Positions 9,272 through 18,740 of a stretch of 64,000 bases of DNA are shown here, piece after piece. Each line of letters opens with the position of its first letter. Position 1 is the stretch's first letter. The notes beneath the pieces are model-generated. The model was not told the origin of the DNA. It saw nothing but the letters and a program-made list of their open reading frames with translations, and searched no databases. A program made the translations under genes and the position numbers. This DNA comes from an uncultured Verrucomicrobiota bacterium (lineage in GTDB: Bacteria; Verrucomicrobiota; Kiritimatiellia; JAAZAB01). The stretch is from NCBI GenBank assembly GCA_964617825.1, contig CAZTWL010000024.1:1881-65880 (forward strand), read 5' to 3'.

Positions 9272-10254
9272 ATCTGAAAGCCGGCCTGATAGTCACGGCA
9301 GCCGCAGGTTTCGTTGGCGCACTGATTTTGAACGCCGCGGCTGAAAGCAGCGTCAAGCCCGTTTATGGCGCCGGATATTCGGAGATCGCGCCATCGCTCG
9401 ATGGCGATATTTATACCGACCGCGCCTGGAAAAAGATTCCATGGAGCTCCGGGTTCGCCAAAGAGCGCGTCAACGGCAAGCCGGTCGGCGATTCACGTTT
9501 CAAGGCGCTCTATACGTGCGAGGGCCTTTATTTTGCCGTTGAATGTTTTGAGCCGGAAATGGATAAAATCCACGACGAAAAACAAGGCATGTTCTGGACA
9601 CACGACGTTGTGGAATTATTCCTGCAGCTAAAGCCGCAGGGCGGCGAAGAGGAACAGGTGCATTTGCTCTTGAGCGCCCGCGGCGCCAAGAACGAAGAGT
9701 TTTCGGCTTTAACCCGGGAGCGGACAAATTTCAAAACCGGCTGGGGCGGCAAGGCCAGGCTGGCAAAAAACACATGGTTTGGGAAAAACGCCTGGACAGT
9801 GGAATTTTTCGTGCCGTTCTACCTAATGGGGGTCATTCCCGAATCGGAGCTGAGCATTCCCGCCAATCTCTGCCGGAACGCGTCGCCGCGGGAGGAATGG
9901 TCCAGCTGGTCGTTTCAGGAAGGGGATGCTCACAATGTGGCCGGGTTCGGCGTTCTGAAACTCGCGCCGGCTTCGCCGGCGATCCTCCACGCCATGCGCA
10001 AGAACCTGGTCACCCCGCATTTTGTTTCCGTGTCCAGCTGCTTTGGCGAACTCAGGCGTAATTTCGATCTTCAACAATCCGCCGCGGGGCGCGGCCTGAT
10101 TGAAAAACTCGAAAAGTCGCTGGTTGAATCCCAGACGCCCTCGGAACAGTCCGCTGCGCTCGCCGACTTCAAGCGGCTTGAACAACTCTATTTTGAACTT
10201 AGGCAACAGAGCCAAGTCGCCATCGACAAACTGATTTTCGGCGAGGATAAATAA
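9268..10254 (+). CDS. secreted CBM9-like (carbohydrate-binding family 9 / DOMON-like) protein, cassette copy 1 partner
   Basis: The start ATG overlaps the upstream stop (ATGA at 9268-9271). N-terminal hydrophobic signal. Motifs IAPSLDGDIYTDRAWKKIPW, RFKALYTCEGLYFAVEC and DVVELFLQ match the CBM9-type pattern. Paralogous to 12293-13228. Confidence 0.8.
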   Translation: MNLKAGLIVTAAAGFVGALILNAAAESSVKPVYGAGYSEIAPSLDGDIYTDRAWKKIPWSSGFAKERVNGKPVGDSRFKALYTCEGLYFAVECFEPEMDKIHDEKQGMFWTHDVVELFLQLKPQGGEEEQVHLLLSARGAKNEEFSALTRERTNFKTGWGGKARLAKNTWFGKNAWTVEFFVPFYLMGVIPESELSIPANLCRNASPREEWSSWSFQEGDAHNVAGFGVLKLAPASPAILHAMRKNLVTPHFVSVSSCFGELRRNFDLQQSAAGRGLIEKLEKSLVESQTPSEQSAALADFKRLEQLYFELRQQSQVAIDKLIFGEDK

Positions 10255-10451
10255 GGCAGGCAGACAATCGCATGATGAAAATTATCAATCCGCGTTTGAC
10301 AGGTTCGCTGCTGATCGCTGCGTTCCGCACAACCTTGAATATTTTATCTTGGGGGAGCGTGGCCTTCATCGCCGGCCGTCATCCGGAAGCGCTTTGCTCT
10401 CTCGATGGAAACGAAACCGAACCGTAACAATCGGCAAAGAAAGGGATTATC

Positions 10452-12275
10452 ATGAAGGCCTTTATCGTTCTTGCTGCCCTCCTGCTTGCTGCGCCCCTTG
10501 TCCAGGCGGCCGACGCGATCGCCGCAAAACGCCTCGATTACGCCATTCACAACGCCATGGGCGAGGAGATCATCCTGCCGAACTCCGCCATGCCGACAAA
10601 CGGAATCAACGCCAAACTGCTGATCGTCGCCGCTCCTGAAGAATTCGAGCCGGCTTCATTCGTGGTTAAACCTTCGAACGACATTAAAGACTTTCTGCCC
10701 GTGGCAACGGATTTCAAAACTGCCGACGGCAAAGTCATCCCGGCTGCGGCGCTCGACATCCGCATCGTCAAGGCGCTGGTCCAATCCGGCGGCGGCGTGA
10801 AAAACCGCAATATTCGCGTCCTGAAGCCGTGCGTCCTTCTGCATGACGATGCCCTGGTAAAAGTCGATTTCGACAAAATGGAAAATTACATCCGCCTGAG
10901 TTTTCCCGAAGGCGAAAAATACCATTGGATAAGCAAGGAGGAAGACAGCGTTTACTTCGAACGCTTCATCTCTTCCAAAGAAAACCCGATTTATGACGCC
11001 AAAACCATCCGTCCGCTCGATATCAAAAAAGATTTTAGCCAGCAGTTCTGGCTGACCATCCATGTCCCCGCCGATGCTGCGCCGGGGCTGTACGAGTCGA
11101 CAATCAAGCTGACCACCGGCGCGGAGCTGCTCGCGTCCATCCCCGTAAAATTAAGGGTGCTGCCGTTCAAGCTCCCCGACCCGAAAACTAATTACGACCC
11201 TGAAAAGGAGTTTTATGCCGGCATCTATTACCGCTCCGGTGTCCTTGACGAGAACGGTCCGGGCTCGATCACGTCGGGGAGGCGCAATCTGCAGCAATTC
11301 AAGGCCGAACTCAAGAACCTCCTTGAACATGGCATCCGCTACCCGACCGTCGTCATGCATTTTGCCGGATTCAGACAGTGGCAATGGAACACTTACGGCA
11401 AGCCGGAAGGCGGCGGCAAAATCGTCGAACCCACGCCCGAACAGCGCGCGCAAACCATCCGTCTGATCCAGCTTCTCAAGGAAAGCGGCATGTCCACCAA
11501 GCCGCTCTTTGCCCACACCGGCGGCAATTTCGGTTTCCGGGAGTTTTATAACCGTAAAGCGCACAAAGCCATTCTCCAGGATCTGATCGAGTCCGCGCAC
11601 AAACTGACCAGGGAAGCCGCGGGCCACGACGACATTTATTTCTACGGAGTCGACGAAGCCGCGGGCGAACGCCTGACCAAGGAATTCGAAGTCTGGGAAG
11701 ACATGCAGGCCATGAAGGCCAAGGTATTCACCACGGCGCACAGGGTCGCGGCGCCGCTCGTTGCCGGAAAAATCGCCATCATGATCTCCTCCGGCGTTCC
11801 CGGTCGCCAGTTCTCACAGGACCTGCACGCCAAAGGCGGACTGATCTGGAACTATGCCAATCCACAGGCCGGCGACAAGCCCAATCCGTTCCCTTACCGC
11901 GTTAACTTCGGCTTCGGCGTTTATTCCGCCAATTACGACGGAATCGCCACCTACGCCTACAACGTCAGCGCCTTGAACCCCTGGAATGACTTTGACAACA
12001 AGGTCGAACCGGACCTGGCTTTCGTCATCGGGACCGCCGACGGTGTGGTGGATACGCCTTCGTGGGAAGGTTATCGCGAGGGGATCGACGATGTCCGCTA
12101 TGCGACCAAGCTCCGTCAGTCTATCGCCAAGACGCGCCAAGGCGGCGACAAAAACAAAATCGCCATCGCGGATGCGGCCGACGCCTGGCTCGGTGAGATC
12201 AACGTCCATACCCCCGGCTTCGACCCCGGCTGGACCCGTCTCCAGATCATCGAATGGATCCTCAAGCTCATTTAA
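10452..12275 (+). CDS. secreted DUF4091/GH123-like putative glycoside hydrolase (cassette copy 2 enzyme)
   Basis: Signal peptide MKAFIVLAALLLAAPLVQA. Colinear with the C-terminal 600 aa of 6596-9271 through shared blocks FEPASFV, LVKVDFD, RVLPFKLPDPKTNYD, YFYGVDEA, PYRVNFGF, PWNDFDN and WEGYREGIDDVRYAT. Confidence 0.85.
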   Translation: MKAFIVLAALLLAAPLVQAADAIAAKRLDYAIHNAMGEEIILPNSAMPTNGINAKLLIVAAPEEFEPASFVVKPSNDIKDFLPVATDFKTADGKVIPAAALDIRIVKALVQSGGGVKNRNIRVLKPCVLLHDDALVKVDFDKMENYIRLSFPEGEKYHWISKEEDSVYFERFISSKENPIYDAKTIRPLDIKKDFSQQFWLTIHVPADAAPGLYESTIKLTTGAELLASIPVKLRVLPFKLPDPKTNYDPEKEFYAGIYYRSGVLDENGPGSITSGRRNLQQFKAELKNLLEHGIRYPTVVMHFAGFRQWQWNTYGKPEGGGKIVEPTPEQRAQTIRLIQLLKESGMSTKPLFAHTGGNFGFREFYNRKAHKAILQDLIESAHKLTREAAGHDDIYFYGVDEAAGERLTKEFEVWEDMQAMKAKVFTTAHRVAAPLVAGKIAIMISSGVPGRQFSQDLHAKGGLIWNYANPQAGDKPNPFPYRVNFGFGVYSANYDGIATYAYNVSALNPWNDFDNKVEPDLAFVIGTADGVVDTPSWEGYREGIDDVRYATKLRQSIAKTRQGGDKNKIAIADAADAWLGEINVHTPGFDPGWTRLQIIEWILKLI

Positions 12276-12292
12276 CCGAAAGGAAGTGACAT

Positions 12293-13228
12293 ATGCAAAA
12301 ATATATTCTGACAATCATAGGGCTCCTCGCCGCCTGCGCCGCTTTCGCCGCTCCAAAGGAATATCCGGCCGGCTATTCGGCGATCGCTCCGAGCATGGAT
12401 GGCGCCATCGACGGCGATCCCGCCTGGGAAGGCGTTGCCTGGAGCGATGGTTTTGCCAAGCGCGTTACGGCGGAAAAGCCCGTTGCCGACACCCGCTTCA
12501 AGGCGCTTTACACAAAAGACACCGTCTACATCGCGGCGGAATGCATGGAGCCGCACATGGACAAATTGAAAACCGAAGAGCGCTACACCGAGTTCTGGCT
12601 TTATGACGTTGTCGAGCTCTTCATTGTCCCCGGGAAAAACGAAATGATCCATTTGATCCTCAGCGTTTACGGCAGCGCCAACGAGGAAATTCCGGGCAAA
12701 GTCTCCGTACGCACAAATCATCAGACCGGCTGGCTGGGAAAATCGAAACGCGCTGCCGACCGCTGGACGGCGGAAATCTGCATTCCGTTCTTCCTGCTCG
12801 GGGTCGCCCCCGAATCGGCAAAACTGGAAATTCCTTTCAACCTTTGCCGGAACTCAACCCCGGCGAATGAAATGTCCAGCTGGTCGTTCCAGCAAGGCAG
12901 CTTCAAGAACCTGGCGGCTTTCGGGCGGCTGACGCTGATGCCGGCCCCGGTGGAAGCCCGCGGCGATCTGGCCGAATCATTGAGGCAGCCGCATTGGATA
13001 TCGCTCGTCAAGCGTTGGGGAATTATCCGCAGCGATCCCGCCTGGAAAGAAATTTTTAAAGCCAATCCGAAGGAATATGAAGCTTTGGAACGGATTTATG
13101 CCGACCCGACGACCTACGCTTCAAACGCGACAGCCCTGGCTTCCAACCTTGGCCTGATCGAAAAACAAGCCCAAACCCAGAAAAGCGAGCATCAGGCCGC
13201 TATCGACAAACTGCTCTTTAACGAATAA
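12293..13228 (+). CDS. CBM9-like protein, probable lipoprotein (cassette copy 2 partner)
   Basis: Starts 17 nt after the upstream stop, with SD AAAGGAAG. Lipobox LLAAC. Shares AGYSAIAPSMDG, RFKALYT, DVVELF, NLCRN, SSWSFQ and C-terminal AIDKLLF with 9268-10254. Confidence 0.8.
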   Translation: MQKYILTIIGLLAACAAFAAPKEYPAGYSAIAPSMDGAIDGDPAWEGVAWSDGFAKRVTAEKPVADTRFKALYTKDTVYIAAECMEPHMDKLKTEERYTEFWLYDVVELFIVPGKNEMIHLILSVYGSANEEIPGKVSVRTNHQTGWLGKSKRAADRWTAEICIPFFLLGVAPESAKLEIPFNLCRNSTPANEMSSWSFQQGSFKNLAAFGRLTLMPAPVEARGDLAESLRQPHWISLVKRWGIIRSDPAWKEIFKANPKEYEALERIYADPTTYASNATALASNLGLIEKQAQTQKSEHQAAIDKLLFNE

Positions 13229-13270
13229 CTCCATAATCCGGAACACTCCTCAGGGAATCACAAAGGAAGT

Positions 13271-15190
13271 ATGACAGGTTTTTTTAAAATCGCCGATATT
13301 TTCAGCGACAATATGGTTTTACAACGCGGCCGACCTGTCCCGGTCTGGGGTTGGGCCGATCCGGGCACGGCCATAAAGCTACGGTTCGCCGGCCAGGTTC
13401 ATTCGCACGTAACCGACTCCCGCGGCCGATGGGAGGTGCGGCTGGACGCGCTGGAAGCCTGCGCTGACCCGCGCGACCTCATCGTCGAATCGTCTCCCGG
13501 CAACCATACCGTAACCGTGCGGAATGTTGTCGTCGGTGAAGTCTGGATATGCTCCGGACAGTCGAACATGGAATGGACAGTCGGCGTGGCCGCCAACGGT
13601 TTCCAGGAAGTTCGCGATGCGCATTACCCGCTTCTCAGGCTCCTGACCGTGCCCAAAAGCATCGCAGAAGCTCCGCAGACCAGCGCGCATAACGCGGCCT
13701 GGCTGGTTTGCAGTCCGGTTACGGCCGCTAATTTTTCCGCGGTCGGTTATTTTTTCGGCCGCGAACTTCTCCGGCATCTAAATGTGCCCATTGGCCTGAT
13801 CAACAGTTCGTGGGGCGGAACGATCGCAGAAACGTGGATGAGCCGCGAGGCATTCCTGGCGGATCCCGAACTTAAGCCGCTCCTCGATTCGCCGGCGCAC
13901 GTGCCGCCGAATATCGAAAGCCTGAAAGCGGAATACACCAGGCAGTTTCGCGCCATCGAGAAACGCACGCAGGACACCGGCAATACCGGCTGGGCGCGGG
14001 GATGGGCGGATATTCAAAGACCGGAAGGCACATGGAACGACATCGTGCTGCCGGGAATATGGCAGGTCACCGCAGGTCTTAAGATCAGCGGTGTCCTCTG
14101 GTTTCGCAAAGAGCTGGAATTGCCGGAAAACTGGGCCGGGGAGGATCTGCGGTTGGCCATTGGCGCCTGCGACAAGAGCGACACAACGTATTTCAACAAC
14201 ATCCAGGTAGGCAGCATGACGATGCAGGACCATCCCTACGCCTGGGGCCTTGAGCGCGTATACACGGTGCCGGCCAAACTGGTCCGGCCGGGGCGCAATG
14301 TGATTGCCGTCCGCGTCCACAGCAACATGTATGGGGGTGGCATGACCGGTCCGGCCGAAATCATGCAACTGGACTGTCCGCGGCGGCTTGACCTGGCGCC
14401 GATTCCTTTGGCCGGCAAATGGCATTATGCCATCGAACAAAATTACGGTTTTGTGGAAGTTCCACCGCCGCCCGATCAGCCGAACTTTCCCTGCCTTCTG
14501 TTTAACGCCATGATCGCACCGCTTGTGCCGTTGGCCATGCGCGGCGCCATCTGGTACCAGGGCGAATCCAATGCCTCGCGGGCGCGACAATATCGGCGGC
14601 TATTTCCCGCGCTGATCCGCGACTGGCGCCGGCATTGGCGCCAGGGCGATTTTCCCTTCCTGTTCGTCCAATTGGCCAACTACATGGCTGCGCAGAAGCT
14701 TCCATCGGAAAGCCAATGGGCGGAATTGCGCGAAGCTCAGACCATGGCCTTGCGCCTGCCAAACACCGGAATGGCCGTCGCCATCGACATTGGCGACGCC
14801 CTTAACATCCATCCGCGCAACAAGCAGGACGTCGGCCGACGCCTGGCCCGGAGCGCGCTGGCAGACGTGTACCGGCTTGATGGAATTGCAGGTTCCGGCC
14901 CGCTGTTTTGCGGCGTCGCGCGCGAGGGATCAGCGCTGCGCGTGCGTTTCAGGCATGCCGAGGGCTTGGCCTGCCACGGGAGCGTCCCGCAGGGATTTGC
15001 CGTGGCCGGCGCAGACCGCAAATTCGTTTGGGCCCAGGCCCGCCTGGACGGCGAAACGGTCCTGATATGGTCGCCGGCCGTTACCGATCCGGCAGCGGTG
15101 CGCTATGCCTGGGCCGATAACCCCGCCGGCAACCTTTATAATGCCGCCGGCCTGCCGGCCTCGCCTTTCCGCACCGATGACTGGACCTGA
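13271..15190 (+). CDS. sialate O-acetylesterase family (SASA/SGNH-like) protein
   Basis: 639 aa. VWICSGQSNMEW (the GQSNM nucleophile motif), LINSSWGGTIAETWMS and RGAIWYQGESN are typical of the 9-O-acetylesterase family. No signal peptide is visible. Confidence 0.85.
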   Translation: MTGFFKIADIFSDNMVLQRGRPVPVWGWADPGTAIKLRFAGQVHSHVTDSRGRWEVRLDALEACADPRDLIVESSPGNHTVTVRNVVVGEVWICSGQSNMEWTVGVAANGFQEVRDAHYPLLRLLTVPKSIAEAPQTSAHNAAWLVCSPVTAANFSAVGYFFGRELLRHLNVPIGLINSSWGGTIAETWMSREAFLADPELKPLLDSPAHVPPNIESLKAEYTRQFRAIEKRTQDTGNTGWARGWADIQRPEGTWNDIVLPGIWQVTAGLKISGVLWFRKELELPENWAGEDLRLAIGACDKSDTTYFNNIQVGSMTMQDHPYAWGLERVYTVPAKLVRPGRNVIAVRVHSNMYGGGMTGPAEIMQLDCPRRLDLAPIPLAGKWHYAIEQNYGFVEVPPPPDQPNFPCLLFNAMIAPLVPLAMRGAIWYQGESNASRARQYRRLFPALIRDWRRHWRQGDFPFLFVQLANYMAAQKLPSESQWAELREAQTMALRLPNTGMAVAIDIGDALNIHPRNKQDVGRRLARSALADVYRLDGIAGSGPLFCGVAREGSALRVRFRHAEGLACHGSVPQGFAVAGADRKFVWAQARLDGETVLIWSPAVTDPAAVRYAWADNPAGNLYNAAGLPASPFRTDDWT

Positions 15191-15270
15191 GTCGATTTCC
15201 AATGCCTATAATGGCCTGAATTTTTGAAAAAACAGCGAACGGATAACCATCAAACAGGAGAGTTATTGTC

Positions 15271-16221
15271 ATGAGTAAAATCAAAACATTGATAACGATG
15301 ATCAAGCCCACGCCGGAAATCAAGTCCCTGCTTGCGGAACTCGAGCCCCATGCGGATATTAGCTTCCTGCCGGAGGGCGCATATATCGGCGATTACCTGA
15401 CGGATGTCGAAGTGCTCTATGGGTCCATCCCGGAAAAGGATTTCCAGCGGGCAAATAAAGCGCGCTGGATCCAGACCAACTCCACCGGGGTCGACCACAT
15501 GATGTACCCGGCTTTTCAAAACAGCTCTATTATTTTGACGAACACCGGGACCTCCATTACGAACATCGTCGCCGAACACGGGCTTACGCTGCTGTTTGCC
15601 CTGGCGCGCAACCTGCATCTCCAGCGGGATCATATGAAAGCGCATCGCTGGGAAATCGAATGCGGGGTGGAAATCGGCGGGCTGACTCTCGGCATCATCG
15701 GCTTTGGCAAGATTGGCTCGGCCATGGCTCTCCGCGCCAAAGCCTTTGTAAAGGAAATTCATGTCCTGGACGCGCAGCTTAAGCAAAAACCGGACTATAT
15801 CGCAAAGATTTATACTTTCGAAGAACTGCCGGCCCTGTTGAAAAAATGCAACGCGGTCATTTGTTCCTGCCCGTTGACTGAAACCACAAGGCATTTGATT
15901 GGCGACAAGGAAATCGCCCTCATGCCGGATAAAGGCTACCTGATTAACATCAGCCGGGGCGGCATTGTCGATGAACCCGCATTGCTAAGAGCGCTGCGCA
16001 GCAAGAAGCTTGCCGGCGCCGGGATTGACGTCCTGGAGACGGAGCCCTGCCCGCCGGATAGCCCGCTGTGGAACGAGCCGGGGCTGCTCCTCACGCCGCA
16101 CAGCGCCGGCTACTGCGAGAACCTGGAAAAGCGTAAAATCGTGCAATTTATCGCAAATTATAAATTATACCTGAACGGCGAACTGGCCAAGCGCGGCTTG
16201 GACAAAAAACGCGGCTGGTAA
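15271..16221 (+). CDS. D-isomer-specific 2-hydroxyacid dehydrogenase family protein
   Basis: 316 aa. NAD-binding GIIGFGKIGSAMA, plus INISRGGIVDEPALLRAL and AGAGIDVLETEP. Confidence 0.9.
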   Translation: MSKIKTLITMIKPTPEIKSLLAELEPHADISFLPEGAYIGDYLTDVEVLYGSIPEKDFQRANKARWIQTNSTGVDHMMYPAFQNSSIILTNTGTSITNIVAEHGLTLLFALARNLHLQRDHMKAHRWEIECGVEIGGLTLGIIGFGKIGSAMALRAKAFVKEIHVLDAQLKQKPDYIAKIYTFEELPALLKKCNAVICSCPLTETTRHLIGDKEIALMPDKGYLINISRGGIVDEPALLRALRSKKLAGAGIDVLETEPCPPDSPLWNEPGLLLTPHSAGYCENLEKRKIVQFIANYKLYLNGELAKRGLDKKRGW

Positions 16222-16278
16222 TTATCCCCAAAGCATCCCGGAAGATCCGGATTTCGAAAATCATCAAGGAGACAATAA

Positions 16279-18705
16279 ATGCCCATATTGCCGTTCAGAT
16301 TCGAAAACAACGATGTCGAGGTGGCATTTGATGCGGATGGAGGCGGCTTTCCTTCCAGAATCAATTTGAAGGGAAAGCCGGGCGCCAAAACGGCACTGGT
16401 GGAAAACAAAATTCCGCCGATAAAAATAACCTTGGAGGACGGTCGCATTCTCGCGCCATTTATCCATGCCAATTGCGTAATCCGGCAATACCGGATCGAA
16501 GGCGGCGCCGAACGCATCGAGTTCAACAACCTGGCCTGGCACGACCAGAACAAAACTGTTCTGGAAAGATTCAAAATGTCTTTACGGCACGAATTTTGGC
16601 CGGATGGCACGGCATTTTCATGGGCTTTTTTTACGACCGAGGACAACCATGCCCCCGGGATCGGCGGTTTCGAGCTGACTTTGCCGCTCAACCTGGCCAC
16701 ATTCGACCAGGTGCGCTGGGGGATTTTACCGCGCCCGACAAATGGCCTTGACGCCGCCTTCATCCAATCCGTATCCGGATCGCGTTTCATTCCGGCGGGA
16801 ACCGACCGGCGTTATGAGGGCCAGATTGTGCCGGCGTTTAATTTCAATTGCTCCGGGAAAAACATTCCCGGCACGTACCTGGAATTCTTCATGGAGGGCC
16901 AGAATTCTTTGTCCGGAAAAATCGACGACAACGCCTCCACCATTCATTGGTCCGGGTTGAAGTCCCCGTCCATAACCTGGAATTTTCAAAAGAGCCCCTA
17001 CCGTTCCATAGGTCGGCCCTGGCAATGGCAGAATCAATGGGGGTGGTTGATAACCAAGGCCCCGACCAAGCGCCATCTCCCCCCCTTGAAAATGTATCAC
17101 TATATCGACAAGAGCCAGATTTACCCGGATGCCGGAGAAATCGACAAATTGATTGCGGCGGACCCGGATTTGTTGATTATGCATGATCCCTGGCGGCTCG
17201 ACCCGCAAAACGGCGGTTTTCCCTATGAGCCGAAGCAGTTCGAATATCTCGCCAACAAAGTCCATGCCGCTAAAATCCCGATGGCCGTATATATCCGTGG
17301 CGACGAAATGTCGGGACTGGAAGAATCGCTGGACTGGTTTGACGCGCTGATGACCAAGGGGACAGACGGACTATACATGGATTATGGCGGCCCGATTACC
17401 GAAGGCCAGATGGCCAACGAGCGTTTCCCCGGAGGACGCATTCCCTTCCGCCGCCATTTTCTAAAATTGCGCCGCCACCGTAACCGGATCGGCAAAGAAG
17501 GCGTTTTCCTTTCGCATACCGGCCCGTTCTTCACGGGCGTGGGCATGACGGGCGGCAATATCGACGGCTATGTTTCCGGCGAGGGCGAGCGCGGGATCCT
17601 GGTGAAGGGCCGCTTGGAACACGAATATTTCAGCGAAGCTTATGTAGTCACCGGAACCATGTGGACCGCGGCTTTTCCGGAATACGGCACCGCCCGGATG
17701 GTGCCTTTCATGGCGGCCACCGGACAGTTCCCGCATATCCCCCTGGGACGGCAATATGTATCTTCCTCGCTTTCGCACCATCGGGAGCCGGGCGTCAACG
17801 ATGTCTATGTCCGCCCGCTTTGGAAACTCTGGGGGATTTTCCGCAAGGAACGCAACCTAGCCGTGTTCAACGATTACAATTGCTACGGCGCGCTGGCCCA
17901 TGCCAATCCGAACATCGGCGGCTATCTGATGATCACGGAAGACAAGCAGTCGGCCCTGTTGATCCTGGCGAATTTTTCGCAAACGGCGCAGACGGCAAAC
18001 ACCACCGTGGATTGGAAACAAACCGGGTTCGATAACGAAGCGGCGGCTTGCTGGAAGTTTATGCCGACGGTTAAAACGCCGGGACAAGCGGTTAAATACG
18101 ACCACAATGTTTTTTGCGCGGAAATCGAAGGCTGGGGCGTTGCCGCCTGGCTCTTGACCAAAAAAACAGATAATCTTGAAAAGACATTGGCGGCCTACGC
18201 CAAGCCCTATCCGGAATTGGACGATGCCGACCTGGCGCATCTTGCCAAGATCATGCACCAGCGGCGGCTGCGCGAACAGCCGCACCCGGCCGCGGAATTG
18301 TATCTGCGCGTTGAAATACCGGAAAAACACGCGCTGGCGCATGAAAACAGTTTGTATTGGGACTTGTACGACAACACCTTCGAACTGGGCGTTTTTGACA
18401 ATGCTGGGGCATTCAAGCCTTTGGGGTGGATCAGCAGGCAAGGTTTCGTCAAAACCGAGCCGGCCAAGGCCGACTACATTATGCCCGGATTCTCGTCCGC
18501 CACGGTGGCGCTGCATACAATCCTGACACCCGGCCGGTATCGCCTGGGGATTCGCGCCGTTCGCCAAGGCTCAACCTGTCATTCGTTCATCATGGTGCAC
18601 CTGTCGGCCGGCCGCGATTTTAAAGCGGCCGATACGCTTGAATTTATGAACGAAATCGAGCCGGACCGCGCCTACATCAAATGGGAAAGCATTATCATCA
18701 AGTAG
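16279..18705 (+). CDS. hypothetical protein, 808 aa, no signal peptide (possible TIM-barrel glycosidase-like core)
   Basis: Long ORF with a strong SD (AAGGAGA) and protein-like composition. I recognise no family. The central segment LIMHDPWRLDPQNGGFPYEPKQFEYLANKVHAAKIPMAVYIRGDE..GLYMDYGG resembles a (beta/alpha)8 glycosidase core. Confidence 0.8.
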   Translation: MPILPFRFENNDVEVAFDADGGGFPSRINLKGKPGAKTALVENKIPPIKITLEDGRILAPFIHANCVIRQYRIEGGAERIEFNNLAWHDQNKTVLERFKMSLRHEFWPDGTAFSWAFFTTEDNHAPGIGGFELTLPLNLATFDQVRWGILPRPTNGLDAAFIQSVSGSRFIPAGTDRRYEGQIVPAFNFNCSGKNIPGTYLEFFMEGQNSLSGKIDDNASTIHWSGLKSPSITWNFQKSPYRSIGRPWQWQNQWGWLITKAPTKRHLPPLKMYHYIDKSQIYPDAGEIDKLIAADPDLLIMHDPWRLDPQNGGFPYEPKQFEYLANKVHAAKIPMAVYIRGDEMSGLEESLDWFDALMTKGTDGLYMDYGGPITEGQMANERFPGGRIPFRRHFLKLRRHRNRIGKEGVFLSHTGPFFTGVGMTGGNIDGYVSGEGERGILVKGRLEHEYFSEAYVVTGTMWTAAFPEYGTARMVPFMAATGQFPHIPLGRQYVSSSLSHHREPGVNDVYVRPLWKLWGIFRKERNLAVFNDYNCYGALAHANPNIGGYLMITEDKQSALLILANFSQTAQTANTTVDWKQTGFDNEAAACWKFMPTVKTPGQAVKYDHNVFCAEIEGWGVAAWLLTKKTDNLEKTLAAYAKPYPELDDADLAHLAKIMHQRRLREQPHPAAELYLRVEIPEKHALAHENSLYWDLYDNTFELGVFDNAGAFKPLGWISRQGFVKTEPAKADYIMPGFSSATVALHTILTPGRYRLGIRAVRQGSTCHSFIMVHLSAGRDFKAADTLEFMNEIEPDRAYIKWESIIIK

Positions 18706-18740
18706 GATAATTTGCGACGCAGGCGGACACCAGGCATTAA

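Noticed and set aside
10272-10427. 51-codon ORF (MMKIINPRLTGSLL...) in the spacer between cassette 1 and cassette 2
   Set aside because: No SD and no motif. It is short and is probably a chance ORF in promoter DNA for cassette 2.
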